Source: Piromyces finnis finn (lineage: Eukaryota > Fungi > Neocallimastigomycota). From it: a stretch of 64,000 nucleotides of DNA. The DNA is taken from positions 992,001 to 1,056,000 of the forward strand of contig MCFH01000008.1 of NCBI GenBank assembly GCA_002104945.1. The letters are read 5' to 3'. The notes below the pieces were generated by a model. The model made no database searches. It had not been told where the DNA came from and saw only the letters and a list, made by a program, of their open reading frames with translations. Shown in pieces: positions 1 to 20,754 of the stretch. Every line of letters starts with the position of its first letter. Position 1 is the stretch's first letter. Both the position numbers and the translations under genes were made by a program.

Positions 1-113
1 TAATTTTTAAATAATTTACAATTATTAATATATATATTTTTATGTGAATAATACTTTTTTTATTGTATATTATATTAATAACATAATAAATACAAAATAA
101 TGCACGATTATAG

Positions 114-6844
<6,731 letters not shown>

Positions 6845-7269
6845 ATAATATAATTGCTTTTTGTTATAAAACATAATAAAACAACAATCTAAAAAAGATA
6901 TAATAAGATATATTAAAGGAAATATATAAAAAATATTAAAAATCATTTGTAATAACAAAATATCAATAATACGCTAAATTAAAATATTTACAACTATTAT
7001 TTTAAAATAACATTATATTGTATATTAATTTTTTTTTTTTTTTTTTTTAGTATTCTATTATTTTATTTTACTTTAATAATTATTAATATGCTTATATTAA
7101 TAAACAAATAAATCATATTTGATTATAATAACAATTTTTTTTCTTTCTTTTTCTTTTCTTTAGAAAAAAACAACTGTTGTAATAAGATAGATTTTGGGTA
7201 TAATAACATTTTACTTTGTGTTTTTGATACAATTATTTTTTGAGGACATTTCACTTAAAATTTTTCTTG

Positions 7270-8302
7270 TCATAAATTCATACATCTATTATGTTTTGGA
7301 AGATATTCATGAAGATAACTAAGGTGTCTTAAATGAAGATTTTGTTGCATCTTATAATAATTTTAATTTTTTTTTAATTCATTTTAATTAATATTACATT
7401 ATTAAAGAATAATATTTATTATTTATATTTATTTTAAAATTTAATATTTACATCTTTGATTGGAATGTACTTTCTTCTTTTATTGGCTCCATATAATGTT
7501 GTATTATCTGGAAGTTCTGTCTTTGTAGGAACGTAGCATTTTGGTCCAATAATACAATTATCACCAATTTTACTTCCATCTTCGGCTGTTGCTTTTTATT
7601 TTTTTATTTATTTATTTATGTTAATAATGTTGCTTATTATAGATTAAATTATTTTATAAATATATTATTAAAATTATATATATATGATATATTGATTTCT
7701 ATTAATTTACCTCTTGGCTGGAAATTGCAATTATTTCCTATATTTGAACTTTGAATAACAGTTCCAACTTCAAATAAATTGTAATCACCAATAATTAGAG
7801 GTTCCTTTCGCCTTTTGAGTAAATAAAATAAATAAGAGATTAATGCGCGAATAAATATAAATGTTTGTATATTTAAATTATAAATATTTACTCGTTAATA
7901 ATTACAACTCTCTCCTAATAATAAGATTATTAAACAATAATATATATTAAAATTAATAAAAATTCTACTAATTTTATTAAATGATTTTATTAATTTTATA
8001 ATTAATATACTTCGAATATATTATATGAACCAATTATAATTGGTCCACCTAAAGTTTTGAAATATGCCTTTGGATGAATAATATTCCCTTTACCTTTATT
8101 TTTAAATTATATAAAATGAAATAAAATATATTCATTTAATAAACATATTATAATTTTCTTTTATTGTCTTTTTTTTTTATTATTTTATTTTATTTATTAT
8201 TTTATTTTTTATTTTTTGTTTACCTAATTTAATATCTCCGTCATATATAATATCCCTAGAGATACAATTTTTATCTGGAATTAAATTTTGTTTTTCTGTC
8301 AT
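7270..8302 (-). CDS. DCTN6: Dynactin subunit 6 (p27), left-handed beta-helix protein; 6 exons
   Basis: Not in the ORF track. Spliced translation: MTEKQNLIPDKNCISRDIIYDGDIKLGKGNIIHPKAYFKTLGGPIIIGSYNIFEERVVIINERKEPLIIGDYNLFEVGTVIQSSNIGNNCNFQPRATAEDGSKIGDNCIIGPKC...LHLRHLSYLHEYLPKHNRCMNL*. Hexapeptide repeats plus the GGPIIIG and IIGxxNxFEVG motifs typical of p27. Confidence 0.9.
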
Positions 8303-8515
8303 TTATAATTTTCTTTAATTTGGTAAAAACATGTTATTATTTATTATATACTTATATCAATATGATATTTGTTATGTACAAAATTTAATAAAATTTTTTG
8401 AAAATTTTATATATATGAAAAAAATTTTTACATTTTATTAAAAAATATTTTTTTATTATTTTATATAATATATAATTTTTTTTGATAAGTTAAAAGTATA
8501 TTATTAATATATAGT

Positions 8516-11192
8516 ATGAGTAATAACGAATTTAAGGTTCCTGAATTACCAGTAAAAAGCAATCCTTCAAGTCCAGTGAAAGAAACAAATAAAAAAGAAC
8601 CACCGAATGGAACTCCAGGTTTTTATTTATTAATTTTTTTTATTTTGTTTTTATTTTTTATTAATATTAGTTTTTAGTTTTTTATATTAATAAATATGTA
8701 AATTAAAAATAAAATAAACTGAAATTTGAAAATGAGGATTCCATTTTTTTTGCAGGTTTATTCATAAATATTCATAAAGTACTAATTGTTACTTAAAATT
8801 TTAAATATCCTTAATTAAATATTAGTACTAAAATTACCATATAAGAAGCCAGAATGGAGTGATTTACCAAAGGAAAATTATATAATGGAAGTTATAAAGA
8901 ATGGGTATAATTAATATAATTAAGTATAGTTTTAACCATTGCTAATATTAGTTTAATTAAATGTTACTTTATGTATATCATTATTATTAATATTAATATT
9001 TTTAAGTGTAATGCTTGAAACTATCGAAATACCAAAAAATGAAGAATTTATTGTATTAGGTTATTGAAAAATATTAAAAATTTTATTAAATAAAATTAAC
9101 TATTCGTTACAATTGTATTTATAATGATTATATTAAATGTAATATTTAATAAATATAGGCCGTTTGCCATTGTGTGATGTTCAAATGGATCATCCTGTAA
9201 GTAAGAAAATTGATATAGGTTTTTCAAATAAATAAATTAATTAAACATTAATTATATCAATATAATAATGAAGAGTATATCTAGGTATCATGCAGTAATT
9301 CAATTTTCAGATAAAAGTAATTTTAAATTTTTTGATATATATAATTAGTTAAACAAAAGATAAGGATTTAATATAACTTACCTTCTTTATATTATTTAAA
9401 GGGATGGCATATATATATGATTTAGGTGAGTATTTTATTTATTAATAATTTTTTATAAAGTTTGTTATATGTATTATATATATATAAAAGAAAAGAAAAC
9501 AATGCTGGAATTATATAAATAATGCATTATTTAAAAACTTGATAATTATATAATTAAATCATTCTTGAATTATGTATATCAAAAATATTTTTTAGGAAGT
9601 GCTCATGGAACCTTTTTAAATAAGGTAAAAAAAAAATAAACGTTTATCAAGATTTTTAAGAATAATATCAATTTAAAAACATTTTCTTAATTTAAAATTT
9701 AAATATGGAAAAATCAAAGAATGTCATACCACCAAATCAGTATATACCATTACACGTTGGAGATATGATTAAATTTGGTCAGAGTACAAGAATATACATT
9801 TTCCAAGGTCCTAATGAAGAAGAAATAAGAAAAAGTGAAGAAATGTATGAGAAATATCAAGAAATGAAGAAGAAAAAGATAGATGAATTAAATAAAAAGA
9901 AGAAAGAAGAAGAAGAAGAAGGAATTAGTTGGGGATTTGCCGAAGATGCTGTTGAAGAAGTAGTTGAAAGAATGGAAAACATTCGACCAGACTATAAATT
10001 AAATGAAAATGCATTTTATTATAAAGATCCAAAGAAAGCTTTAAGAAATTGGTTAGAAAATAGAGGTTCTGAAATGGAATTCCAAATTGCAGAAGAAACA
10101 CATTCTCATGCTAAATTATATATAGCAAAAGTTGTTTTGCCTCTTGAAGATTCTTATGGACCAGTATCTACAACGGGTTCAGGTTTGAAGAAGAAGGATG
10201 CTGAGAAAGAAGCTGCATTAAATGCCTGCATTAAAATTGATCAATATATTGGATTTAAAGCTTCAATTAAGGGTTAATATATTTACAATATTTCATTTTA
10301 TTATTATTATTTTTTTTTATATTTTTTTCATTTTAATAACATAATATATTAACTTATTTAATGTATATCAAATACAAAATGTATAATATTTAAATAATAT
10401 ATACTTTTATTTTCCAAAATGTAAAATTGTATATTTTTGGAAATATAAAAACAGAAAAGAAAAGTAAGCACGATTCTGATGATGAAAGTGATAATGATAC
10501 ATTCTATGATAGAACTGGCCAAGTTGAAAAGAAAAAGAAATTATTGCAACAAAAAAAATCACATAAAAAGGAAGAAGCGGAAACGCATGAATCATTAATT
10601 AAAAAGAGTTCAATAATTGATAATCAAATATTAGAATTACAACAAGAGATAGAGGAATCTAAAAAACAAGAACTCGAAAGAAGTCAACAAAAAGTAGATG
10701 ACGATATTGATTTAGATAATTATATGAATTCATTGAATGAATCATTGAGTAAAAAGAAAATAAAACCAATTCATATATTAAATAAAGAATTAGAAAATTT
10801 AAAAAAGGTATATAATTATTATATAAAAATTATATATAGCAATCTTTTAGGAATGAATTTTTAATTCAATTGTTTTACTTTTAATTTTTTTATGGCCTTA
10901 TCGATAATAAAAGGAAAAAGAAAGAATTATTAAATTGTTAAGAATTACAAGACCTAATATTGATATATTTTCTTTAATTCAACAAAGGTAAATGATATTT
11001 ATATATATACATTATTTATTAATAAATTATTAATACATGTATTTATTTAATAATTATTAATTTAGTAAAAATGAAGCTAAACCAAATAATAACGATATAT
11101 CCAAAAAGATAGAAAAGATAGATAATGAAAATTCTAGTAGTATCGAAAAAGAAAGTTTAATAAAAAATGAAAATAATGAAATAAATAAAATA

Positions 11193-11256
<64 letters not shown>

Positions 11257-11525
11257 GAGGATTAAGTGAAGAGAAAGATATAGATTTATCTGATATAAGA
11301 GAAACTAAAAAACAAAAACAGCTAAATACTAATGTTATATCTAAGGAAGAAACACCTTTAACAAAAAAGGAAAAAACAAAAAAATTTAAAAGAAAGTTCG
11401 GTGTTATTAACAAAGAAACCTCTGAATTACTTGATAACAAAGTTAACGAAGATGTTGTTGACTGGCTTCCTCCAGAACAAAGAGATAAAGAATATAATAA
11501 TATGAATGCTGAATATGGCTATTAA
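8516..11525 (+). CDS. SLC4A1AP: Kanadaptin/SLC4A1AP-like protein: FHA domain, dsRBD-like domain, coiled coil
   Basis: Spliced FHA motifs GRLPLCDVQMDHPSISRYHAVIQF, DLGSAHGTFLNK and LHVGDMIKFGQSTR; kanadaptin-type YYKDPKKALRNWLE and GLKKKDAEKEAALNAC; DDTFYDRTG; C-terminal DWLPPEQ...NAEYGY*. Confidence 0.85.
11189..11254 (+). repeat. Coding (AAT)n tract giving poly-Asn in the last kanadaptin exon
   Basis: In frame with the flanking ...NEINKI and KRGLSEE... Confidence 0.85.
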
Positions 11526-11882
11526 TTTAATTTTTCAAAGCAATATTAGAAACTTTTTTAAAAATTAAAATTTTAAATATAATTTTTAATATTATTTGTA
11601 TTAAAAAAATTTTTTTGTACTACATGTTTTTTATTATTATTAAATATTTGATGTTATTATGAAAAACAATTTTTTATTTATTGATATTTGAAATTAATAA
11701 ATATAATTAAAATAGAAGATGTTTAAATTTTGATATAATTTTGAATAAAAATAAAACTGTACATTAATTTAATTTCCATTATTAAAAAAAACTTTCTTTT
11801 TTAAAAAAACATAATATATAATAAATTCAAATCTTATATTTTCTTTTATTTTTTTTTTCTTTTTTAAAAATATAAAGGATCG

Positions 11883-13198
11883 ATGACAATGAATAGTAAT
11901 CAGTCCTTTCAAAAGGTGTTTTCATTTTTTAATGATGTAATTGAAACTCTTAATACCAAAGAAGAAACTCAGGCAATTAAAGAGACTCAACATGCTCTTC
12001 ATGAGTTAGAAAAATTACGTGAAAAACAAAAAGCTAATTCAAAAAATGCATTAGAAGGTTGATAAATAATTATTAAATATTTTTATATTAAATATATAAA
12101 ATGATATTATTAATTATATTATGAACTTGAAATATTTTATTAATTGAGAAATTATATGGAGAAATTATGTAATTTTTTTTAATAATATTATTTAAAATCC
12201 GAAATTTGTTTTATTAATCTGAAATTTCAAAAGAGTCTTTGAAACATTGAATTTTAAAAATTTTTTAATAAAAAATTGAATTTAGTTTTAAATTTGTAAC
12301 ATATTTAATTATATTAATTTCATTCATATAGTTTTAATGAAAAAATTGGAAACAGCTGAAGAAAATGCCAATCGTTCTTTTCAAGAATTAGAAGAGTACC
12401 GAAATTCAGGAGTCTTAAATAATTTAGAAAGGGAATATAATCAATTAGAAAAAGAAAATTCGGAATTAGAACAAGAAATTAAATATCCTTTTGTTAAAAA
12501 AAGTTATATATATATTTTTTAAAAATTATAAATTTTAGAAAAATGTATTTTTTGATAGTCCTTAATTTTTTTAAAATATTAAAAATTTAATTATTAATTA
12601 TCTGATTTTACGCAGCTTCAAAATGAGTATGATGAATTATTAATAGAAGAAAAGAAATTAGAATTAAAAGAAAAAAAAGAAGAAATGTTAAAAATTGATC
12701 CTTCATTGTAAATTTATTATTATTTTATTATAAATACTTTATTTTTTATAGTTAAAATATAATTATTTATATATATATATATATTTTATTATAAATTCTT
12801 TTAAAGATTAAAAATAGGTATTTATAGAGAATTAGGTGTTGAAGCGGTAATTGATAAAAATGGAAATATAACAAAGTGCCATATTCGTATCCTTTAATTA
12901 ACATATTATTATTATTATTATTATTATTATTAAAAGTATTAAAAGGTTATTCTTAACAAAATATATTCATATATCTTATTAAATAAATATAATAAATATA
13001 TATAAACATAAAGATAATTCCAATACAAATAATAATCATACTATATTTTTCCCAAATAATCAAAATTATATTCAAACTCGACAGTCTTTAGCTTATACAA
13101 CTACAAATTTATTATGGAATCTTTTCACATCTAAAGATGATAATGAATTTATTAATATAGATTTAACACAAGGAATTAATAGGAATATTAGTATATAA
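11883..13198 (+). CDS. SPC24: Probable kinetochore Ndc80-complex subunit Spc24-like; coiled coil plus short C-terminal globular domain; 5 exons
   Basis: Long coiled coil followed by LYLYRELGVEAV and terminal YTTTNLLWNLF, resembling the Spc24 LKLYRSLG...NYxWxL pattern. Confidence 0.65.
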
Positions 13199-14615
13199 AA
13201 ATGTGATATATATAAACTTTTGTAAACAACATATAAATTATAATTAATTTTTTTATATAAAAATTAATCGTTTAATGATACCATTATTTAATAGTTTTTT
13301 AAGGTTATTATACTAATTTTTCCTTGAAATAAAAAAAAATATAAATATATTTGTCGTTTTAATTATATTTAATAAAGCGTTTAGATAATTATTTAATATA
13401 TTATAATATTTTCAATTAGTACTAATTTAAATATATAATATTGCTAAAAATATGTAAAATTGTCAAAGTATATATATACAAACTCATATTTATTTTTTTA
13501 CATACATACATATAGTATACAATTAATATATACAAATATTGTTATACCAAAAATTAAGTCTTTAATAAATATTTATCCAAAAAAAAAGTTTTTAAAATAT
13601 TATTTTTATTATTATTATTTTTATATTTTTTATATATATAAAACCAAACTCAAATTTAATATTATTATTATTATTGTTTTTTTTTTTTCTTATACTTTAT
13701 ATATAAACATATATAATTTATTAATGCGGTTCAAATTCTCAACTTACATATATAAATTTAAATGATCTATGCAACTTTTTTAATATATATTAAGTGTTTA
13801 TAATATATTGTATAATATATTTAAATTTATTTATATGAATTTATTATATATCTAAAAAAGTTTTTTTTTTTTTTTCATATATATTAATTATTTTTTAAAA
13901 TTTTTCGTACTTTTTTTTTTTGTTTTATTTTATTTCTACTTAAAATTCAAAATATATAAGAAATAAGAGAAGCGTAAGTAATTAAAAATTAAAAGGCATT
14001 CAATTCAAAAAATTTTTTAAATAAAGTATATGCAGTAATAATAAATATACCAACATCAATACTTTAAAAAATTACAAATGGAAAAAACATTTAACTCTTT
14101 AATAGTATTTATAAAAATAAAAATCCCATATATATTCAGTGAGGAATGATATTGAGGCGGATAATCAAAAAGGAAATATATAATTCACTTTAAAAAAAAA
14201 ATAATTGTTATATTAATATAAAACAATAATTTAATATAAATATATAAACATATAAATAAATAAGTAAATAAATCTTAATATGAAATTAAGAGTAATTTTA
14301 AAAATTTACCTTTTGCTTTTGTAATTTTGATTAACCTTTATTATGGGATAAAAATAAAGCTTAGAAAATATCATTTAAACAAATAAGTAATCAAATTATT
14401 AAAAAAATCATGATAAAATTTATTATAATAATAATGTTAAAAAAAAAAAAAAAAATTAAAGATATATTGAAATTCTATAATTATTCTCAATTTCTTAATA
14501 TTATATTAAAAATGAAAATAATGTTGTTAGTTTAAATAATTAATGAGAAAAAATAATTAATTTAAAATATTATTAACATTTTTAATTAATATATAATTAA
14601 AAAATAAAAAGGAAG

Positions 14616-17001
14616 ATGAATAGCGCATCTCAAAGAATTAACACATTATTGGATCCTGTTAATCATCCAGATTTTAGAAGCATTACTCTTCCAAAACATG
14701 AAGATGGAAAACAATATTACCCACATGAAATTTTTGGACAAAATGTTTTTAGTCTTAATGAAATGGAAAAAACTTTACCAAAATCCATATTTCAAAGATT
14801 TCGTCAACAGCAAAGAGGTAAAAATTAGTTTAAAAAAAAAAAAAATTTCGAAAAAAAAAAATAAACTTAAATTGATAAAATTTCCATTTTTCAAATAACC
14901 TGTTATTATATTTCTAACAAAAATAATAATAATTATAGGTAGAACATCATTAGATCGTGCTACTGCTGATGCTATAGCTCATGCTGTTAGGGTTTGGGCT
15001 ATGGATCATGGTGCTACTCACTATACTCACTGGTTCCAACCACAAACTGATACCACTGCCGAAAAGCATGATTCTTTCTTAAATTTAAAGACCAGTATTG
15101 TTAATGGTGTTGAAAGTACAGTCGCTATTGATTCATTCTCTGGTAGTCAGCTTTTACAAGCTGAACCAGATGCTTCCTCATTCCCTCATGGTAGTATTAG
15201 AAGTACTTTCGAAGCTCGTGGTTACACTGTCTGGGATACTACATCTCCATTATTTATTCAAGATGGTCCACATGGTACTTCTGTACTTTATATTCCATGT
15301 GTTTTCATTTCTTATAATGGTGAAGCTCTTGATGAAAAAACCGTTCTTTTACGTTCTAATGAAGCTATTTCTAAAGCTGCTGTTCGTCTTTTACATATGA
15401 TTGGTGATACTGAAGTTAGACATGTTCATACTTCTTTAGGTGTTGAACAAGAATTTTTCTTAATTGACCGTGGTCTTTATTCTCTTCGTCCAGATTTAAA
15501 GATTTGTGGTAGAACTTTAGTTGGTTCCGTTCCACCAAAGCACCAACAATTGGATGATCACTATTTTGGTCAAATCCCAAGTCGTGTTTTAGCTACTATT
15601 GCTGAAACAGAAATGGAATTATACAAGCTCGGTGTACCAATGAAAACTCGTCATAATGAAGTTGCTCCAGCTCAATTTGAAATGGCTCCAATCTTTGAAG
15701 AATCATCTGTTGCTGTTGATCATAATCTTTTAACTATGCAAGTTTTACACCGTGTTGCTCACCGTCATAAATTAAAGTGCCTTTTCCATGAAAAACCATT
15801 TAAAGGTGTTAATGGCTCTGGTAAGCACTGCAATTGGTCTGTTTGTACCGATGCTGGTGAAAACCTTTTAGATCCATCAGTAAAGCCAGAAAGTAATCCA
15901 CGTTTCCTTTTATTCTTCATTGCTACAGTATATGCAGTTTACAAACATGGTACTCTTTTACGTGCTGGTATTGCAACTTCTAGTAATGAACATCGTCTTG
16001 GTGCAAATGAAGCCCCACCAGGTATTATTTCTGTTTTCCTTGGTGATCAACTTGATGAAGTTTTGAATGCTGTTGAAGAGCAACGTGAATTAAAGTCATT
16101 CTCTCAACATCAAATTCAATCTGTAAAGGTAGGTGGTACAGTTCTTGATCTTAAAGTTGCCACTTTACCTCCAATTTCTCGTGATTTAACTGATCGTAAC
16201 CGTACCTCACCATTTGCTTTTACTGGAAATAAATTTGAATTCCGTGCAGTTGGTTCTAAACAATCACCATCATTCCCAGTTACTTTACTTAATGCTGCTG
16301 TTACTGAAGCTCTTCTTGAAATTACTTCTGTTTTAGAAGAAGTTAAAGGTGATAAGCCAAAGGCTTCTCTTGAAGATGTACTTACAGTTGTTCGTATGTT
16401 TATTAAAAAGAGTAAACCAATTCGTTTTGAAGGAGATAATTATTCTCAAGAATGGATTGAAGAAGCTGCTAGAAGAGGTATTGAAAATATTACTTCATGT
16501 CCAGAAGTTTTCAAGAAATTATTAGAACACCAAAAGTTATTAACTGAAACTGTTCCAATCTTAACTATGGCTGAACTTCATTGCCGTTACCAAGTTATGG
16601 TTGAAAGATATGTTAAAGATTTAGTTATTGAAGGTAACACTTTAAAGACTATGATTAATCAATATGTCCTTCCAGCTGCTTTTGATTATAGAAAGGAAGT
16701 TGCTTCTACTTTAGTATCACTCAATAATTTAGGTATGGATATTAATGATATTCCAGAAAAGAAGGTACTTGATGAAATTGGCAATGCTACTACTGAACTT
16801 GTTAAGCTTGAAAACAAACTTTGTGATACCCTTGAAAAGATTGTTACTATTAATGATTTAGAACAAGCTGCTGTTGTTGCTCATGATGAAATATTTAATC
16901 TTGCTGAAAAAATTCGTATCTTCACTGATGATATTGAAAGTAAGGTTGCTACTAAATGGTGGCTCTTACCAAAATACAGTGAATTATTATTCCAATTATA
17001 A
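14616..17001 (+). CDS. glnN: Glutamine synthetase type III (GlnN-type); 2 coding exons, intron 14818-14938
   Basis: GSIII signatures: FGQNVFS, WAMDHGATHYTHWFQP, AEKHDSF, EPDASSFP, RSTFEARGYTVWD, GVEQEFFLID, DDHYFG, HNEVAP, HEKPFKGVNGSGKHCNWS, HRLGANEAPP, DRNRTSPFAFTGNKFEFRAVGS. Strong CGT/GGT/GCT/TTC codon bias. Confidence 0.97.
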
Positions 17002-17777
17002 GCATATATTGTATATAATTATACATATTAAAAATGTATTCAAAAAATAGAATTCTAATAACAAAAAAAAATTATTATATTTAAATTATTTATTAAAAAT
17101 TGCTTTAGCTTTTATATTATACAAAAAGAAATAATTATATAAAATATATAAAAAAATTAAAGATTTTTATTAAAAATAAAAATAAAAATAAAATAAAAAA
17201 AAAAAAAAAAAAAAATAATTAAAGGAATATTAAAAGTTTTAAAAATAAAAATAAAGAAAGGAATCATATTTTATTTTTTTTATAAAATATATTAAACAAT
17301 AGTCATTACATATTTAAATGTTCCTTTATTTTAAAATTTATCCACATTCTCTGAATAAATAAGTAAAGATTAAGCAATGTTTATTTTGAATAAAATATGT
17401 TTAAATGTGGCGAAGGTTACACATTCTCCAAATAAATTTGTATAATAAAATTGAGAAATATAAGGATCTTTAATTATTAAAAAATAAAAAAAAATTAATT
17501 TTATAAAAAATAAAAGAAAATAATTAATTAGGTTTTTTTTTTCTTTTTTAATAAAACTTATATTAATAAAAATAAAATAAAAAAAAAAAAAGAGAATAAA
17601 TAAGAATAAATAAAAGAATAAATAAGATAAAGTAAAAAAAAAAAAACTAATAAATAAATAAATAAATAAATAAATAATAAGAATATTATTAGAATTTAAC
17701 GAATAAATTCAATAAATAAAAAAAAATATATAAAATATATATATATATATTTTTTTTAAAAAACAAAAATAAAGAAA

Positions 17778-20287
17778 ATGAAACAAAATTCACTACCACC
17801 TCTTATTAAAAAAAAATATGATACTGTAGCTTTTCAGAAATTTTTAAAAATAACAATTGTATTATTGTTAATAGCCAGACTTATTTTATTGAACATTACA
17901 AAGATACCTGACGTTTTAGGTCAAAGATTTGAACTTACTACTCCAATAACAAGCTTAAAAAAATGTAAAATACATAATAAAAATATATACTCATTTTTAT
18001 GGTTCATTATAAAAATATAATTTATGATTTTTAAATAAATATGAAATAAGTGAATTCTTTTAATTTTTATTTAATTTTAAGGAAATAATTTAATTGAGAC
18101 AATATTACGAAAAAAATAATTAATTTCATTAATAGAATTAAAATAATAAATATAATAAATGTAATTAATAGAAATAACTTATTTCTATTTTATTTTTATG
18201 TAACAATTTATTTAATAACGCTATTTTTTATTTTGAAATGATGTTATATGTTATAATATTTAATAGTAAAAGAAGGTTTATTTCTTTTTCAGAATGGACT
18301 TGATCCATATGAAGGTGGAATTTTTACACAGGTATTTATTATATAAATTTATAAATTAAAATTGTATTACTTCTAAAGAAATTTCAAAATTTAAAATTAA
18401 AAAAGCTTTGTATTAATTAATTCTATTGTATTATTTTTTCATATCTCAGGCACCATTGTTATTATTTTTATATCATATATTAAGCTATCTTCCAAAATTA
18501 TTTGAATCAATTTTATATACAGCTTGTGATGGATTGATAGCATATTATTTATATAATATATCAATATATAGAAAAAAAAATCAATTGTCATTATTCTGGG
18601 TAAAATCAGCTCCAGAAAACAACTTCAGTACTGAAACTGAAGATGCAGTAATTGATTCAGAGAGTGAACAAGAATTAAAACCTCAACCAAAAACTTCAGT
18701 AAGAAAGAATAGTATTTTATTTAAAGATGTTTCTTCACAGAGACCAGTAGATATATTATTAAATCCATTATTAGTTTCAACAATGTAATTTATAAAAATA
18801 AATCATATTAGCTTTATTATCTCACTCACTCACTCTTTTTTTTCAATGTTTAATTATTAATTATATTTATATTTTAATATTGTTTCAAATAGTTATTTAA
18901 TCAACCCATTTACTATTTTGAGTTGTTTATCAAAATCAACTACAATATTCAATAATTTGACCTACGTTTTAGCTATTCATTATGCAATTAAAAGTATTTA
19001 TTCATATTTATATTTGTATTTGGGAATGATTTCATTACTAACAGTTATTTTATATTATTAATTTATTAAAAAAAGAAAATATCAATTTATCAATGTTTTT
19101 CGCAGCACTTTCAAGTTATTTATCATTGTATTCATTTATTATTATTGGTCCATGCATTTTATTTTTAATAGAAACTAAGAATGATAACTATCAAAAGGTA
19201 TAAAAATATTTGCGTATATATAAGTGAATGAGATTTATTAATGTGAAAAGTAATTGTCAAAAACGTTTCTTATTAATTTTTTTTTATTATTATATAGAGG
19301 AAAATTATCATAAAATCTATTTCATTGTTTGTTTTATATGCTGTAGCCTTATTAGGAATATCGTATTTATTATTAGGATCATTTAAATTTATAAAGTCAT
19401 TCTATGGTGTTATGTAAATCATTTATTTGATTATATTAATTTTTTTTAAAAAAATTCATTTAACTATATTAAAACTGAATATACCAAGACTAAGTTGATT
19501 ATATAAAAATATTATAAAATTTATTATATTATATCAATGCCAGTCTTTCAATATCAGATTTAACTCCAAATATAGGTCATTATTGGTATTTTTTTACCGA
19601 AATTTTTGAACATTTTAGAGTTTTCTTTTTATGGGTATTCCAATTACATATTCTAATTTTTGTTGCCCCTTCTGTTTTAAAGTTTAAGTAATACCCTTCA
19701 TTATATACACATTTATTAATAAATGAATTTATAATTTATAATTATTTTATTATCAAAATATTTTAATACGATTACATGAATATATTATGTCGTTAGGGAA
19801 CAACCATTATTTTTAACACTAGTAATTACATCTTTAATAAGTCAGTTAAAGACATACCCATCAATTGGAGATATAGCATTGTATATGAGTTTTATTCCTA
19901 TGTATCAGGAATTATTCAAATGTAATAATAATAAAAATTTATAGGCTTATATTAAATAATTAATAGAAACTAATAATAATAATAACATATGAAGTATTAA
20001 CATTTCAAATCATATACATATATTTTACATTATATATTTAAAAATCAGATATGACTTATCCATTTTATACATTAAATTTCTTTTTATATTCAATATCATT
20101 TGAGCCATTGATGTATAATCTTTGGGTTTGGCAAGGAACAGGAAATGCAAACTTTTTGTTTATTATTAATTTAGTTTTTAATATTGCACAAATATTATTG
20201 ATAACTGATACAATACATGCTTATTTAAAACGTGAGCATGAAAGACATTATCCAGAATTTAGAGGAAAAGAATTAGCATGGAAATGA
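17778..20287 (+). CDS. PIGU: GPI transamidase subunit PIG-U (Gab1/Cdc91); multi-exon
   Basis: Spliced motifs ELTTPITS, EGLFLFQNGLDPYEGGIFTQAPL, YLINPFTILSC, DLTPNIGHYWYFFTEIFEHFR, KTYPSIGD, LWVWQGTGNANF; all junctions in frame. Confidence 0.95.
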
Positions 20288-20754
20288 TTTTATGAAAAAT
20301 AAATTAAGTAAAGTAAAATAAAGTAAAATAAAATAAGATAAAACAAAATGTAATATAATAAAAAAACAATAAAAATCGTAGTAATTGAATATAAGGCATT
20401 TTTTTTAATTTAGAATACCTTTTATCCAAATAAATGTAATTTTAATTAAAAATAAGTACTATAAATTTAACAGCTTTTTTATATCACATTTATAAATGTA
20501 TTTGATTGAATTTATTTTTAAAATAATAAAGTACATTTACATAATATATTATCCATTGATATTTAATTTTATAATTGATTGAATTTAAGTTATATAATAT
20601 AATTTTTAATTTTTTCTGACCAATAAAATTTCTGGAATTGTATTTGGTATACCGATACTTTTTTTTTTTTTTTTTTTTTTAAAAGAAAAATTATAGTTTT
20701 CACTTTTTTTTCTTTACACAAATATTAGTACAAAATTAGTAATTTTTAATAGAA

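Noticed and set aside
13380-14420. GATAA motifs upstream of glutamine synthetase as nitrogen-regulation sites
   Set aside because: GATAA is expected frequently at this AT content; no clustering beyond background was evident.
15098-15400. Overlapping alternative-frame ORFs inside GS, TPR, Ter-like and BEACH exons
   Set aside because: Shadow ORFs of real genes with no recognisable motifs.
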